Assembly (NCBI GenBank): GCA_964016885.1 | Contig: OZ024741.1 | Location: 160,518,001-160,582,000, forward strand | From: Eledone cirrhosa | Taxonomy: Eukaryota | DNA: 64,000 nucleotides | Direction: 5' to 3' | Shown here: positions 41,996 to 54,939 of the stretch, piece by piece | How the letters are laid out: each line of letters opens with the position of its first letter | How positions within the stretch are numbered: the first letter of the stretch is position 1 | Notes under the pieces: model-generated | Databases searched by the model: none | What the model saw: the letters and a program-made list of their open reading frames with translations, nothing else | What the model was told of the DNA's origin: nothing | Program-made: the position numbers and the translations under genes

Positions 41996-42380
41996 ATTAA
42001 CATTTAACAGTTAATATTCAACCACACTATTTCATTATAATATCATTATAATTTTGAAGGATTGTAAATAAAACGAGTAAATCAAACAAAGTTGGAATTC
42101 CTTTTATTAATATAATCTTCTGTACACAATCATACACATCCGTGTATATATGATGAAGAAATGAAGAACTAGCGTCCGAAACGTTAAGACCCTCTTCCTG
42201 CTTCAAGCGTTAACCTAATATGTCCCTTCCATATACTGTGCCGATTGTGTTGTTATTTATGTTTACCTCATACATATATATATGAATGTATATATATATA
42301 GTGTATTTTGCAATATACAGTATGCTTAATTAAAAGCATTTTGAAGACCTTACGCTATTGTTTTATATATATATGTATAT

Positions 42381-42572
42381 GAAAAAGTTTAACCCAACGG
42401 CAGAGCTCAAGCCGTTTCGACGGCTATTTCTGGACTCATTCCAGAAATAGCCGTCGAGACGGCTTGAGCTTTGCCGTCGTTGTTAAACTTTTTCCTGTTA
42501 CCCACTCTACTACCCTAAGTATTGAGTACTCTGGTGCGTCCATCTGGTTCCTTACCACACCCCCTTCGTTAT
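42381..42572 (+). mobile_element. Fold-back PLE pseudo-LTR fragment (arms 42381-42433 / 42441-42494)
   Basis: Homologous to 2412-2608, including the hairpin centre gacggcta.tt..aa.tagccgtc. Confidence 0.7.
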
Positions 42573-42939
42573 ATATTTAAAACGACAACTAGAAGATTTT
42601 AATCACTATACATATTTCAATGGCCCAGTTCCAGTTGATTTGCCTACCATAACCACCAGTTCTACACATAACTGATCAAAATGACTTAAATGGTATATGT
42701 ATATACATATACCATATGTGTGTGTGTGTGTATACTTAAAAAATGGATTTTATCCAAAAAAAATAACTATCAGTCCCAGCTAGCCACACCCATTATATTT
42801 GCTATATATACTGTGTCATGTTAAAATGATCAGCAGCAATCCACAAAATACAGAGTAGCATCAGAGAGTAGTATCAGTAAGATAATGATATCGATATAAG
42901 TAATATCAGTAAGATAATGATATCGTATGAGTGTCCAAC

Positions 42940-43265
42940 AAAAGTTCAACTCTCTGGATGGCGGTGTCTCATGCGACATTTCAATCCCGCCGGTGACCCA
43001 CAGACCAAGCCACATAGGTCGCAAGAGCAATAGTTTATGGAGCTTCTTGCAGGTATCAAAGCTGTTTCGTCCCTGTTCGGTCAACACGCAATTTCTCTAT
43101 GCGACTGGATTCTAAGCTCTTGATCGCACTATGGCACTTTTCTCTCCAGTCCTTTCTGTCAGCAACAATTTGTTCTCAATCACGAGAAGGGATTGCAAGA
43201 GCAGTGAGATTTGATTTTAACAGTATTACGCAGGTTCTGTAGGTTCTGTAGGTTCTGTTTTACTA
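42940..43265 (-). mobile_element. RTE-clade LINE 3' end
   Basis: EQIVADRKDWREKCHSAIKSLESSRIEKLRVDR and the C2H2-like CDLCGLVCGSPAGLKCRMRHRH. Confidence 0.7.
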
Positions 43266-43512
43266 CCAAAGAGGCCCGACGAGCTATTGATTCCAGAGTT
43301 TGGCAGATCGATACAGATCGAACCTTGAGCGGATTAGTAGCGAAACGCGCGTACGAACCAAAGTATCGTCTTCCTGTCTTCCTGCGTTCACAGATTGACT
43401 TTGTTAGTTTCAGAAGATCCCGTTAAGGATGAAAGCAGCGATTCTTTGCTTAAACTTTAATCTGTTATTTTAATATATATATATACATATTCATATATTC
43501 ATATACATATAC

Positions 43513-43588
<76 letters not shown>

Positions 43589-43615
43589 CATATTCATATA
43601 TATATATACATATAC

Positions 43616-43665
<50 letters not shown>

Positions 43666-43739
43666 GGTTCTTATATATTTGATATATATTTATCCTTATC
43701 GAGCCCCCTTTGGATTTTAGTCTTCAAATTTATTATTAT

Positions 43740-43785
<46 letters not shown>

Positions 43786-43823
43786 TCATATACATATACT
43801 TATACATATACATGTACATATAC

Positions 43824-43961
<138 letters not shown>

Positions 43962-43989
43962 GTATATGTACTGCGAACACATCACGTAC

Positions 43990-45986
43990 TGCGAACACAT
44001 CACCAACTTTCCCTATGAAAAAATTACAAATAAACGCACGAAATCAAACCTATCTACACACGAATGGGAAGAATTATTCACACTTAGAAACAACCCTGAG
44101 ATAACTATCAAAGAAGCCGATAAAGGCAGTACTGTTGTCATTATGAATACGGACTACTATAGGACCCTCGCACTTAACATTTTAGAAAACAACACATACT
44201 ATGAAAAAACAGAAAACTACAAACACACCAAAACAATGGGGAACCTTTTGACCTTACTGAATAAATACCGCAACAGCTTAACCACAAAAGAGTTTAACTA
44301 TATAAGCCACTTCAAATGCAATACAAGCTCTTTTTACGGCTTACCGAAACTCCACAAATGTAAACCCATAAACGATGCATGTGACACCTCAACCAACAAT
44401 TACATTGAACTAACACCACCAGAAGACCTAAAACTCAGGCCAATTATAGCAGGCCCTACATGTGAAACCCACAGACTTAGCAACTTTCTGGACATCCTAC
44501 TGAAACCCTTTCTACAACATATACAGGGCTACATACGAGATGACCTTGACATGCTGAAACACCTCCCTAAAACAGTAAGTGCAAATACAATTCTTGTCTC
44601 CTTTGACGTAATAAACCTCTACACAAACATACCTCACAACTATGGAATAACAGCAGTCGAATACTGGCTTAACACACACCCATCAGAAATACCGACACGC
44701 ATCAACAAAGATTTTATCACTGACGGACTCCGCTTTATCCTACAAAATAACTACTTCACATTCAATGGTTCAACATACAGACAAGTATCAGGTACGGCAA
44801 TGGGCACGAAAGTAGCACCCACATATGCCAACCTAGTCATGGGATTCCATGAACAACAAATATACAGTCAGTCCCTTCTCTTATTTGGAGACTCTTTCCA
44901 CACACACCTCAAAGCCAATTGGAAAAGATATCTAGACGACTGCTTTATCCTATGGCAAGAAGACATGAACTCACTATGTTTAAAAACATGATAAACAACA
45001 TAGATAATAACATACAATTCACAATGGAATCCAATCCCAAGGAATTAGCCTTCTTGGATATTCTCATCTCTGTAATAGACGGGAAATTAGATACAGATAT
45101 ATTCTATAAACCCACAGATTCCAAGCAATACCTCTTTTTCACATCAAGTCACCCAAAACATACAAAACTTAACATTCCTTACAATTTGGCCAAACGTATA
45201 TGTACCATAGTATCAGATCCACCTAAACGGGAGCAAAGACTAAAGGAACTAAAAGACACCCTTATCTTAAGAGCCTTTCCACTTGAAATAATCAACAATG
45301 GAATAGACAGAGCAAAACACCTAAATCCCCATCAACTTAACAATCCAAAACAGAAAACCACACTCAACACCCTGCCATATGTATCCACTTTCAACCCCAG
45401 AAATACCGAAATGTTTGATCACCTACACAAAAACCTCCCCATCCTACTTAAAGATGTAAAAATGAAGTCTATTCTTGAAACACACAAGATCCTTAAAAGT
45501 AAAAGACAACCCAAATCACTAAAACGCATTCTCACTGGACCAAATATACCCAAACCAATCCTCAACCCTACAGTTACCAAATGTGGTAGAACAAACTGTG
45601 GAACGTGCCTCTACCTCACTGAAGGACAAAAATTTACATTTAAAGATGGCCAAACATTTACAGTAAAAAACAATTTCACCTGCAACTCGGAGAACTTGAT
45701 TTACGCAATAACTTGCGGTGGGTGCAAACACAACTACATAGGACAGACGGGCACCTCATTACGCAAAAGAATGACCATCCACCGCCAACAAATCCGGGAC
45801 GCTAGCACAAGAAAAATCCCCTTGAGCAGCCATATTGCGAACTGCGCAGGAATGACACTACCCAACTTTAAAATCTTCCCCTTCTACAAGTGCTCAGATT
45901 CGTTCACACAGCAACAAAGAATAAACAAAGAAAATCTATTCCTTAACAAATTTAAACCAAAACTAAACGGGTTATCACCCCAATAG
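43990..45986 (+). pseudogene. Penelope-like (Neptune-like) RT/GIY-YIG ORF, 5'-truncated, single frameshift at ~44970
   Basis: [59 protein letters not shown]; then FLDI, KPTDSKQYL..SSHP, KCGRTNCGTC, FTCNSENLIYAITCGGCKHNYIGQTG..RMTIHR..PKLN. Confidence 0.95.
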
Positions 45987-46434
45987 AATTGTCATAAAAT
46001 ATAAACACACATACGCACGGAGTGACAGATATATGTGTTTGTAGGTGTGCATGTATATAATTATCACTACTATTAAAGACCAGAGACCAATTCTGTAGAA
46101 TCAGGTTTATTCGTTGACAGACCATGCCTTTGTGTGACCAACACATCCATGTTAAACCCTGCACGTGCACACACATATATCTATATATATATGCGCACGC
46201 AGAATTCACCACTGTCGGTTGCGGGGCCCAATCTACATGAAGAACTCAATGTGATCAGAATGACTTGTATTTTAATTTCACTGTCCTAACTTCTTATATT
46301 ATGGAAAAAATATATGTGTATGTATGTATATATATATATTTGGAGGCCATTTTTCTGTGTGTGGGTGTATGTATGTGTATATATGTGTGTGTGTCTGTGT
46401 GTGTGTATGTGTGTGCATGTGGATGTATGTATTG

Positions 46435-46510
<76 letters not shown>

Positions 46511-46734
46511 TATCTGGATGTATGCGTATGTGTATATATATATGTGTGTGTATATATATGTGTGTGTGTATGTGTATATATGTGTGTGTGTATGTGTATA
46601 TATGTGTGTGTGTGTGTGTGTTTGTATATGTGTATGTATATATATATATGTGTGTGTGTATGTATGTGTGGGGGTGTGTGTGTATATATATGTGTATGTA
46701 TATGTGTGTATATATGTGTATGTACACATATGTG

Positions 46735-46778
<44 letters not shown>

Positions 46779-46903
46779 TATCTGGATGTATGTGTATGTA
46801 TATATGTGTGTGTGTGTATATATATATATGTGTGTGTATGTGCATATATGTGTGTGTGTGTATATATATGTATGTGTGTGTGTATGTACGTGTGTATATG
46901 TAT

Positions 46904-46977
<74 letters not shown>

Positions 46978-47513
46978 ATATGTGTATGTATATGTATATG
47001 TATGTATGTGTGGATGAAGGTATGTGTGTATATATAGGTGTAAGTGCACTAAATCCCTTTCTATCAATCTCCCCTCTCCTACCTACCACAAGAAGATATA
47101 TGTATGTATATTGCTTCCACCCCCTCATTGACCAGCAGCTGGCCATCTGGCCATTGCTAAATTTGACCTTTATAAAATAACCCACACCCCCAAATAACTT
47201 CTCATTCACTACCAGAAAGGCACCCAGCAGTCAACGAGCTGCTAAACGAGCTGCTACCAAGATGAAAACTACTGTGAAATCCCACAATGAATTTTATACT
47301 TGAATTTTCAAATCTCAAATTTTAACTCTTCTTATTATTAATTTTTCTTAACATTAATCAACATTTGAAAAGATGGCTTTTGGAGACCCATCGAAACCGG
47401 TCATTTTTTATACTCTTTATTATTTCCTTACCTTATAAAATTATATGTTTTTTCACAAAAAAGTATTCTGTCTCTTATATATTCCATGTTCCATTACCAA
47501 CCTCAATTTTCTC

Positions 47514-47515
<2 letters not shown>
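45987..47515 (+). mobile_element. 3' UTR/pseudo-LTR of the Neptune-like PLE, with internal (TG)n and a degenerate HHR at 47365-47404
   Basis: ttgaaaa-gatgg-cttttggagac-ccatc-GAAACCGGTCa; palindromic ACCGGT stem III typical of PLE minimal HHRs; CUGANGA box corrupted. Confidence 0.55.
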
Positions 47516-47545
<30 letters not shown>

Positions 47546-47950
47546 TATACATATAGATTCGCCATTTCTGAACGCATCTTCACAAAATTTGGCACAAAGA
47601 TCCATCTACATCTCAAAATAATCTATTCCTTGGATAACGAAAATTCCGTAAACCACCACCACCACCACTACCACCACCTCAACCATCTCTACCGACACCA
47701 CTTATACTACCACTACCTCAGCAACCGCCAACACCATCGCCATCAGTGCCACCTCAATCACCACTCCCACTACCACTACCACTACCACATCTAAATTCTG
47801 TGTTTACTAAATATCTCTAATAGATTGTTTGATGGTGTGAAACTTTCATGAAGAGTTTTATAAATATTTAATCACTTTTCCTACCCAATTCTCCCCCTTA
47901 ATTTGTCGCTCTCTCTCTCTCTCTCTCTCTATTCCTTTATATCCACCACC

Positions 47951-47987
<37 letters not shown>

Positions 47988-48235
47988 TCTCTCTCTCACT
48001 GTCCCCTTCTCTCTCCCTATCTCTCTCAATCTCTCTCTGTGCCCTCTCTCTCTCTCCCTATCTATCTCAATCTCTCTACCACTCTCCATCTCCCCTCTCC
48101 CTCCTCTTCCTCTCCCCCTCTATCCCTCTCTCCCTCTGTGTAACCACTTTCTCCCACTCTCTCTTTACCTCCATCTCTTACTACTTCTCCCTCTTTCTCA
48201 CTTTCGACATATGTTTCTAACATACACACACTCTC

Positions 48236-48266
<31 letters not shown>

Positions 48267-48519
48267 TTCTACTTCTCTCCTTCTGTGCTTCTCTACGGTA
48301 TTTTCTTCCTACTTTGCTTTTTATTGTTTCATTTTTTATGTTGTGTCACTTTATGCGCCGTGACATAGCGGTACGGCAACTAGAGACCGACAAAAGAAGT
48401 GCTGCACTAAAATAAGTTCTACGAGTGATGTGTTTGAATAAAAACACGTCAAAGTGTTACCCGGCGTGGCCCAGCATAGCGTTACCCATTTCTTCTTCTT
48501 CTTTTTCTTCTTCTTCTTC

Positions 48520-48559
<40 letters not shown>

Positions 48560-48567
48560 GATTATTC

Positions 48568-49285
48568 TTTGAGTCTCAGTCATTGATGTTAGTTAACTGG
48601 AAAGTTTGTTGAAATGAATATCAACCCACTACCTGCAGCCTCAGATATTCAGGACGTATCGGAGGGTTCTTGCTGTTCCCAGCAAGCATGCCTTTTGAAG
48701 CGTTCCAAAAAGCGTGAAGGGGCCAATTTTCTTTAACCATCCCTGGAAACTTTTTGAGATAGTCCCTAGTGCGCCTATGACAATCGGGATCACTTTGACT
48801 TCATGGCAGTTCCAAATCCTTTTTACCTCCCACTTTAAGTCCTGGTATCGGTTAATTTTCTCCCTCTCCTTCTCTTGCACTCTCGTGTCGAATGGGCAGG
48901 CCACATCCACAATCAGACACGATCTTTTTTCTTTGTCCACAACCACCAGGTCAGGTCTATTGTGTTCCAGTCTCTTGTCCGTCTGTATCCTAAAATCCCA
49001 CAGCACCTTCACCTGATCGTTTTCTATCACCGCCTCTGGCTTATGCTCATACCACTTCTCAGAATGTGGTAAATTGTTTACTTTGCATAGGTGCCAGTGG
49101 ATCATCCTGCCCATCACATCATGTCTCCAGCCCTTATAGTGAGTCTGGGCTAGGTGTTTACACTCGGATACAATGTGAGCCACAGTCTCCTCTCTCTCTC
49201 CACAGATCCTGCACAGTGGGCTAGCCTCCTCCTTGTAAATATGGTGTTTCAACCACTTCGTTTTGAGAGCCTGCTCCTGCGCAGC

Positions 49286-49287
<2 letters not shown>
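48568..49287 (-). mobile_element. R4/Dong-clade LINE 3' end (CCHC finger + RLE endonuclease), inserted in (TAA)n
   Basis: AAQEQAL, CRICGEREETVAHIVSEC, RHD, RPDL..D..K..Y; uninterrupted frame to the stop; (ATT)n on both sides. Confidence 0.92.
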
Positions 49288-49322
<35 letters not shown>

Positions 49323-49328
49323 GTTGTT

Positions 49329-49480
49329 CTTTGAGTCTCAGTCATTGATGTTAGTTAACTGGAAAGTTTGTTGAAATGAATATCAAGCCACGACCTGCAT
49401 CTTCAGACATTCAGGCCAATTTTCTTTAACCATCCCTGGAAACTTTTTGAGATAGTACCTAGTGCGCCTATGACAATCGG
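49329..49480 (-). mobile_element. Second, internally deleted R4/Dong 3' end
   Basis: Duplicate of 48568-48790 lacking ~70 bp. Confidence 0.85.
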
Positions 49481-50135
49481 CATGTCCGAGATGCGCGCAA
49501 GGCGACGAAACCGTCCTGCACGCATTCGTCCAGTATCCGAGCATTGCTGACTTGTGGGTTTATGTCGAACACCTGCTGTCGCGTGTAGGACGGATCCAGC
49601 TATCAGCTGAGTCCATCGTGAGGATTGCCCCGCCCTCTCCCTTTAGCCGGGAAAGGCAGGCAATTTTTATCTGTCTGGTGGTCATGACGAAAGAGATAGT
49701 ATGGTGGACACGTTTGAAAGGGCTGAAGACGAGCACTTACCTCTTCGGTGATGCCCTGATTAACTTTTTCAAATTTCATTTGAAAAGGAAAATCAGGGTA
49801 GAGAGGGAGGTGCTCCGTTCCCAGCATTTTGTTGAAAGATGGGTGAGAGAAGCAAGTATGGCCCGTGTGAATGGGCCTACTCTGAGTATGTGCCTGTAAA
49901 TTGAAGGTGGAAAACTGGGAGAGGGCACTTGCCCTGATGGTCAGGGTCACTGTGGCTTTTTTCAATGGTCTTTCTCCACGATGGCCCTCGGAAGTCTCCC
50001 CCCCCCCCCCTATTGAGGAATTTTTCATTGTTTCTTTTTTTACATCCTCTGTTTTTGTTTTATACCGTCCTGTATTGTCCTGTACTGTCCTTAATGTCTA
50101 CTTTATGCCAACCCTTGTGGTTAATAAAGAAAGCA
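49481..50135 (+). mobile_element. Tx1/L1-clade LINE 3' end
   Basis: CPRCAQGDETVLHAF..LWVYVE..KEIVWWTR; 3' ttgtggttaataaagaaa, as at 27065-27090. Confidence 0.85.
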
Positions 50136-50159
50136 TTATTATTATTATTATTATTATTG

Positions 50160-50570
50160 AGAGGGTCGAGGGAGAAGAGTCCTCAAACACTCCTTCCAGC
50201 AGCTCCTGTCAGAAGCAACCATCTCCAACTGATCCGACCGGACCCACAAGCGTGACCAGCCAAGTTCATGGATGTCATCCAACCATCTTGCTCGGAGTCT
50301 ACCCCTGGGTTTTCTGTCGGTTGGTTTTGACTGTAAAATCTGTCCGGCAATTCTTTCCTTAGACATTCTAACCACATGCCCACAGTATGGGAGCTGTGAT
50401 CTCTCGGACAAATAGCGGCTGTACCTGGAGTGGCTCTCTGATCTCCGAGCTACGCTCTCTAGTAACGCTACTCCAAAGGCCCTTCGGAGGAATCCCATTT
50501 CGGCCGCTTGTATTCGCGATCGTATTCTTTCTGTCATTACCCAGTCCCTTCTCATCAGTCGACCTCTGGA
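50160..50570 (-). mobile_element. RTE-clade (Rex3/Expander-like) LINE 3' fragment
   Basis: SRIQAAEMGFLRR, RSQL..CGHVVRMSKERI, KPRGRLRARWLDDI. Confidence 0.8.
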
Positions 50571-51082
50571 TGTCCTTGTGGTTTTAGTACATTAAGATCG
50601 ATATCACTAGCTCCAGTGTACATAGGACAGTTTCAAACAGACGCAAGACAAGAAGATTGGTCTTTCAACTATTTACAAATAAGATAAAATAAAATAAAAT
50701 TTACTACAAACCAATGTGCCGCAACTAAAAAGAATAAATGGGAGCAAGGCCCAACATATTAGCCGAGTAGATAAGTAGGCACAGAATGCAAATTGGAAGA
50801 GAAGAGACAGTTTAGACATTAGTACTAAATAGACACCACGAGCAGAGAGACAGAAAGAGAAGTAGTGAACAGAGAACGGAGGCGATATCACTTTTAAAAC
50901 ATATCAAGTTGAAAGAATGTCCCGCTCGGTTGAGATCTTATAAAATTAATTCAGAAGTAAAAAGAGGATTAACAAGCGATATAATAGGGTTTATTCCAAG
51001 CGTAACATGTTTCGTCGGTATAGATTACTCTAAATTTGAATTAAGGTGACCCAAGTCGATATCCCGTTTACCTTTATATATA

Positions 51083-51146
<64 letters not shown>

Positions 51147-51214
51147 TGAGAGAGAGAGTATATATATATATATATATATAATATATGTGTGTGTGTATGT
51201 ATGCATGTATGTTT

Positions 51215-51550
51215 AAGGCCCCACTCGGTCACGAATGACCATGGTTTTGCACCTAGAAAGTTTCCCTCTGGGGCACAAGCCTGGGCAAGGTTTATTTATG
51301 GAAGACCAGTAGTCGCCCATGCGTACCAGCCTCCCCTCTCCACGCCACCGATGTTGTCATAGGGAAAGTCTATGGCCAATACAGCTTGGCATCAGTGACA
51401 TCACAACTCATTTCTGCAGCTGAATAAACTGGAGCAATGTAAAATAAAGGGTCTTGCTGAAGGACACAACGCATTACTCGGTCCGAGAATCGAGCTCGCA
51501 ACCTCCCAATTGCAAGCCCAATGTTCTAACCACTAAGCCATGTGCCTTCA
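51215..51550 (-). mobile_element. tRNA-derived SINE (family B-related)
   Basis: Antisense ggcacatggcttagtggttag..gagctcgattctc; CORE-like gtgtccttcagcaagaccctttatttt. Confidence 0.75.
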
Positions 51551-51587
51551 CTGTATGTATGTATATATTATGTATGTGTGTATGGGT

Positions 51588-51627
<40 letters not shown>

Positions 51628-51633
51628 GTGTGG

Positions 51634-51666
<33 letters not shown>

Positions 51667-51679
51667 TGTGTATGTGTGT

Positions 51680-51819
<140 letters not shown>

Positions 51820-52322
51820 AAAGTGTAATGCTCCTAATGCAGATGACTATAATTATAATCAATCACTATAAATACTAGTATTAAAAAATCAGGTAAATTA
51901 CTCTGGAGACGGAAAAGGTGGACAGAGGTGCCAGTCAGGGCTTCCGTATCAGACTGGTTTACGATGAGAGGTGTTGGATGCGTTTCTTTTTTTACCCAAT
52001 TTTTTCGTCTCTTATTACCTAATTTTTACCTAATTTTTTTTCTCTGTCGTTTCTACTTATTCAAGTTGTTTTGTTTTCGTCGTCTTCGCCGTTGTCGTTT
52101 ATGTTGTTGTGGAAAGCTATGGGCAGCAGACCCTATATAGAGAACAACTAAGATACGATAAAGTAAATAGACCAAGATCAGAATTAAGAGGAGACACAAG
52201 AAGCAATAATAGTCATTGAGAAAGTCAGAGAATGTGAGGAGAGAAGGTGTCAGACTTAAATATAACAATTAAACAACCGCCCGGTTACTAAATTAACCTA
52301 GGAATGGATTAGTTACCTGACT

Positions 52323-52730
52323 AATAATTGTTTCTACTTTTGGCACAAGGCCAGCAATTACTCAGTGCATTACTGGTACTTTATTTTATCGACCCTGTAA
52401 GGATGAAAGGCAAAGTTAACCTCGGCGGGATTTGAACTGAGAATGGCAAGGGCCGTAACTCTATGCGTCAAAAAATGGCGTCCGACCTTCTACCGATACT
52501 GCCAATCCACCTGATAATGGTTTCTACTTTTGGCACAAGGCCAGCAATTTGAAAGGGGGGTGGAATTCGATTAGATTGACCCAGTACGAGACTGGTACGT
52601 TATTTTATCGACTGCGTAAGGATGAAATGCAAAGCTAGCCTCGGCGAGATTTGAACTTAGAACGTAAATGGCCGTAACTCTATGCTGCGAAGCAGGGTGT
52701 CCGACGCTCCACCGATACTACCAATCCACC
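52323..52730 (-). mobile_element. Two tandem SINE family A copies
   Basis: Full antisense copies at 52323-52511 and 52514-52730. Confidence 0.85.
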
Positions 52731-52955
52731 CCCCAAGTTACCTAACTAATAATAAAACTGAAGTGAAACTCAACTGGTGTGTATATTTTTATTGGGAACA
52801 CAACCCTCCCAAAGTATATATACATATATATATATATATAATGCATGAATGTATGCATAATACATATATATTATGTATGTATGTATATGTATACATGCAA
52901 AATACATATATCATGTATATATATATTTATACACACACACATATATATATATATT

Positions 52956-53013
<58 letters not shown>

Positions 53014-53139
53014 GAGCGTAAAATATTTTAGAATCTTGCTAATTAAAGTAAAGCAAATAACACAACAACAAACAACATAAACTACAAATAGATCTGTGTA
53101 AAAACATGTTATCCTTTCTTTACACATACAGACACGTGT

Positions 53140-53257
<118 letters not shown>

Positions 53258-53874
53258 GTATATATACATATGTATGTATACATATATATATATATGTATA
53301 CATATATATATGTTCGTTTTTTTTTTATATGTATATATACATATGTATGTATACATATATATATATATGTATACATATATATATGTTCGTTTTTTTTTTC
53401 ATTATACATTATCCTCATCCCCTACTTCCTCCCCTCATCCTCTCCTTTTTCTTAATTCTTCTTCGTCTTTCTTTACATCTGCTATTCTCTCTTCTTCCTC
53501 TTAAAAACGCCCGTATGTTCATCTCTCATTAATTAGTGAAATATGAAAACATATAAAGCAAAACTGTCTTGATAGTGAGGTTTGGTAAAAGGCGAAGCGT
53601 CATTGGGATGGAAATACCTTCTCCTTCCTCTTCCTCTTCCTCCTCCTCCTCCTCCTCCTCCTCCGCCGCCTTCTCTTTCTTCTTCTTCTTCTTCTTCTTC
53701 TTCTTCTTCTTCTTCTTCTTCTCCTTCTTCTTCTTCTTCTTCTTCTTTCCTTCCTTCCTTCTTATACGATAAAAAATTGATAATGACATTGTAAAAGTCT
53801 TTGAATTCTAATAAACAGAAAGTTTCTTATCAGAGAATCAATATTCCCAAGATGTTGTTATTACCATCATTACC

Positions 53875-53906
<32 letters not shown>

Positions 53907-53917
53907 TATCATTATTA

Positions 53918-53954
<37 letters not shown>

Positions 53955-54070
53955 TACTACTATTATTATTGTTGTTGTTGTTGTCGTTGTTATTATTATT
54001 ATTGTTATTATTATTATTATTATATTGGATTCTTATATTTTTTTATATTTATTTACCATATTTGCTGTTG

Positions 54071-54114
<44 letters not shown>

Positions 54115-54694
54115 GTGGTGGTGGTAGTGGTAGTAGCGGTGACGGTGGTAGCGGCGGCGGTGGTGATGGTGTTCTAACCAAAAATTCAATTTAAGCATCT
54201 ATAGCTTCTTTCCTCACCGAAGATCAAATTTATAAACTGCAATAGTAATTGAGTTAGCAATCGAAATTAAAGCTGCAGTTTCGTAAAACTCTATTTCATA
54301 TCAATATTTCATTGATATTTTAGAAGTAACTTCTTTTTGTTTTTGTTTTTCATGTGTTTTACATCTGTTTTTCAAACATTGATGCCACTGAAGACGAACA
54401 AGAAGAATTTCCTTATCTTTCAATGTAACCAATTCACAGAAGGGCCAACCAACTCCCTCCCTTCCTCCCACCCTCCTTCCTTTCCTTCCTTCGTTCCGTC
54501 CTACTACCACCCCCACCCTTCCTCAACTCCACTCACTGCTCACTACCTCTTCCTTTTTTCTTTCGTATTCTTAAGTTTCTTTCTTTGTTTTTTTTCTTCT
54601 TTTTCTTCTTTTTCTTCTTTTTCTTCTTTTTCTTCTTTTTCTTCTTTTTCTTCTTTTTCTTCTTCTTCTTCTTCTTCTTCTTCTCCCCTCCCTC

Positions 54695-54740
<46 letters not shown>

Positions 54741-54939
54741 GTAATCACCACAAAAACATAACAACAACAACGAAAAGCATGACCACCAACACAAACACCA
54801 CCACAACAACAGCCACCATAGCAAACACATCAGTCACCGCCACCACCACCATCACCACAACAACAATAACAACAACAACAATAAGAGCAACCACCACCAA
54901 CACAACGACCACTTCAACAACAACTAACACTACAACAGC

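Larger units (their letters stand above)
41527..42364 (+). repeat. ~205-bp direct repeats (41527-41733; ~42151-42364), 632-bp offset, each beginning with a 5'-clipped minimal HHR
   Basis: tgatgaaggactagcgtc(t/c)gaaacgttaagaccctcttcctgct...gaagaccttacgctattgtttt present twice. Confidence 0.85.
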
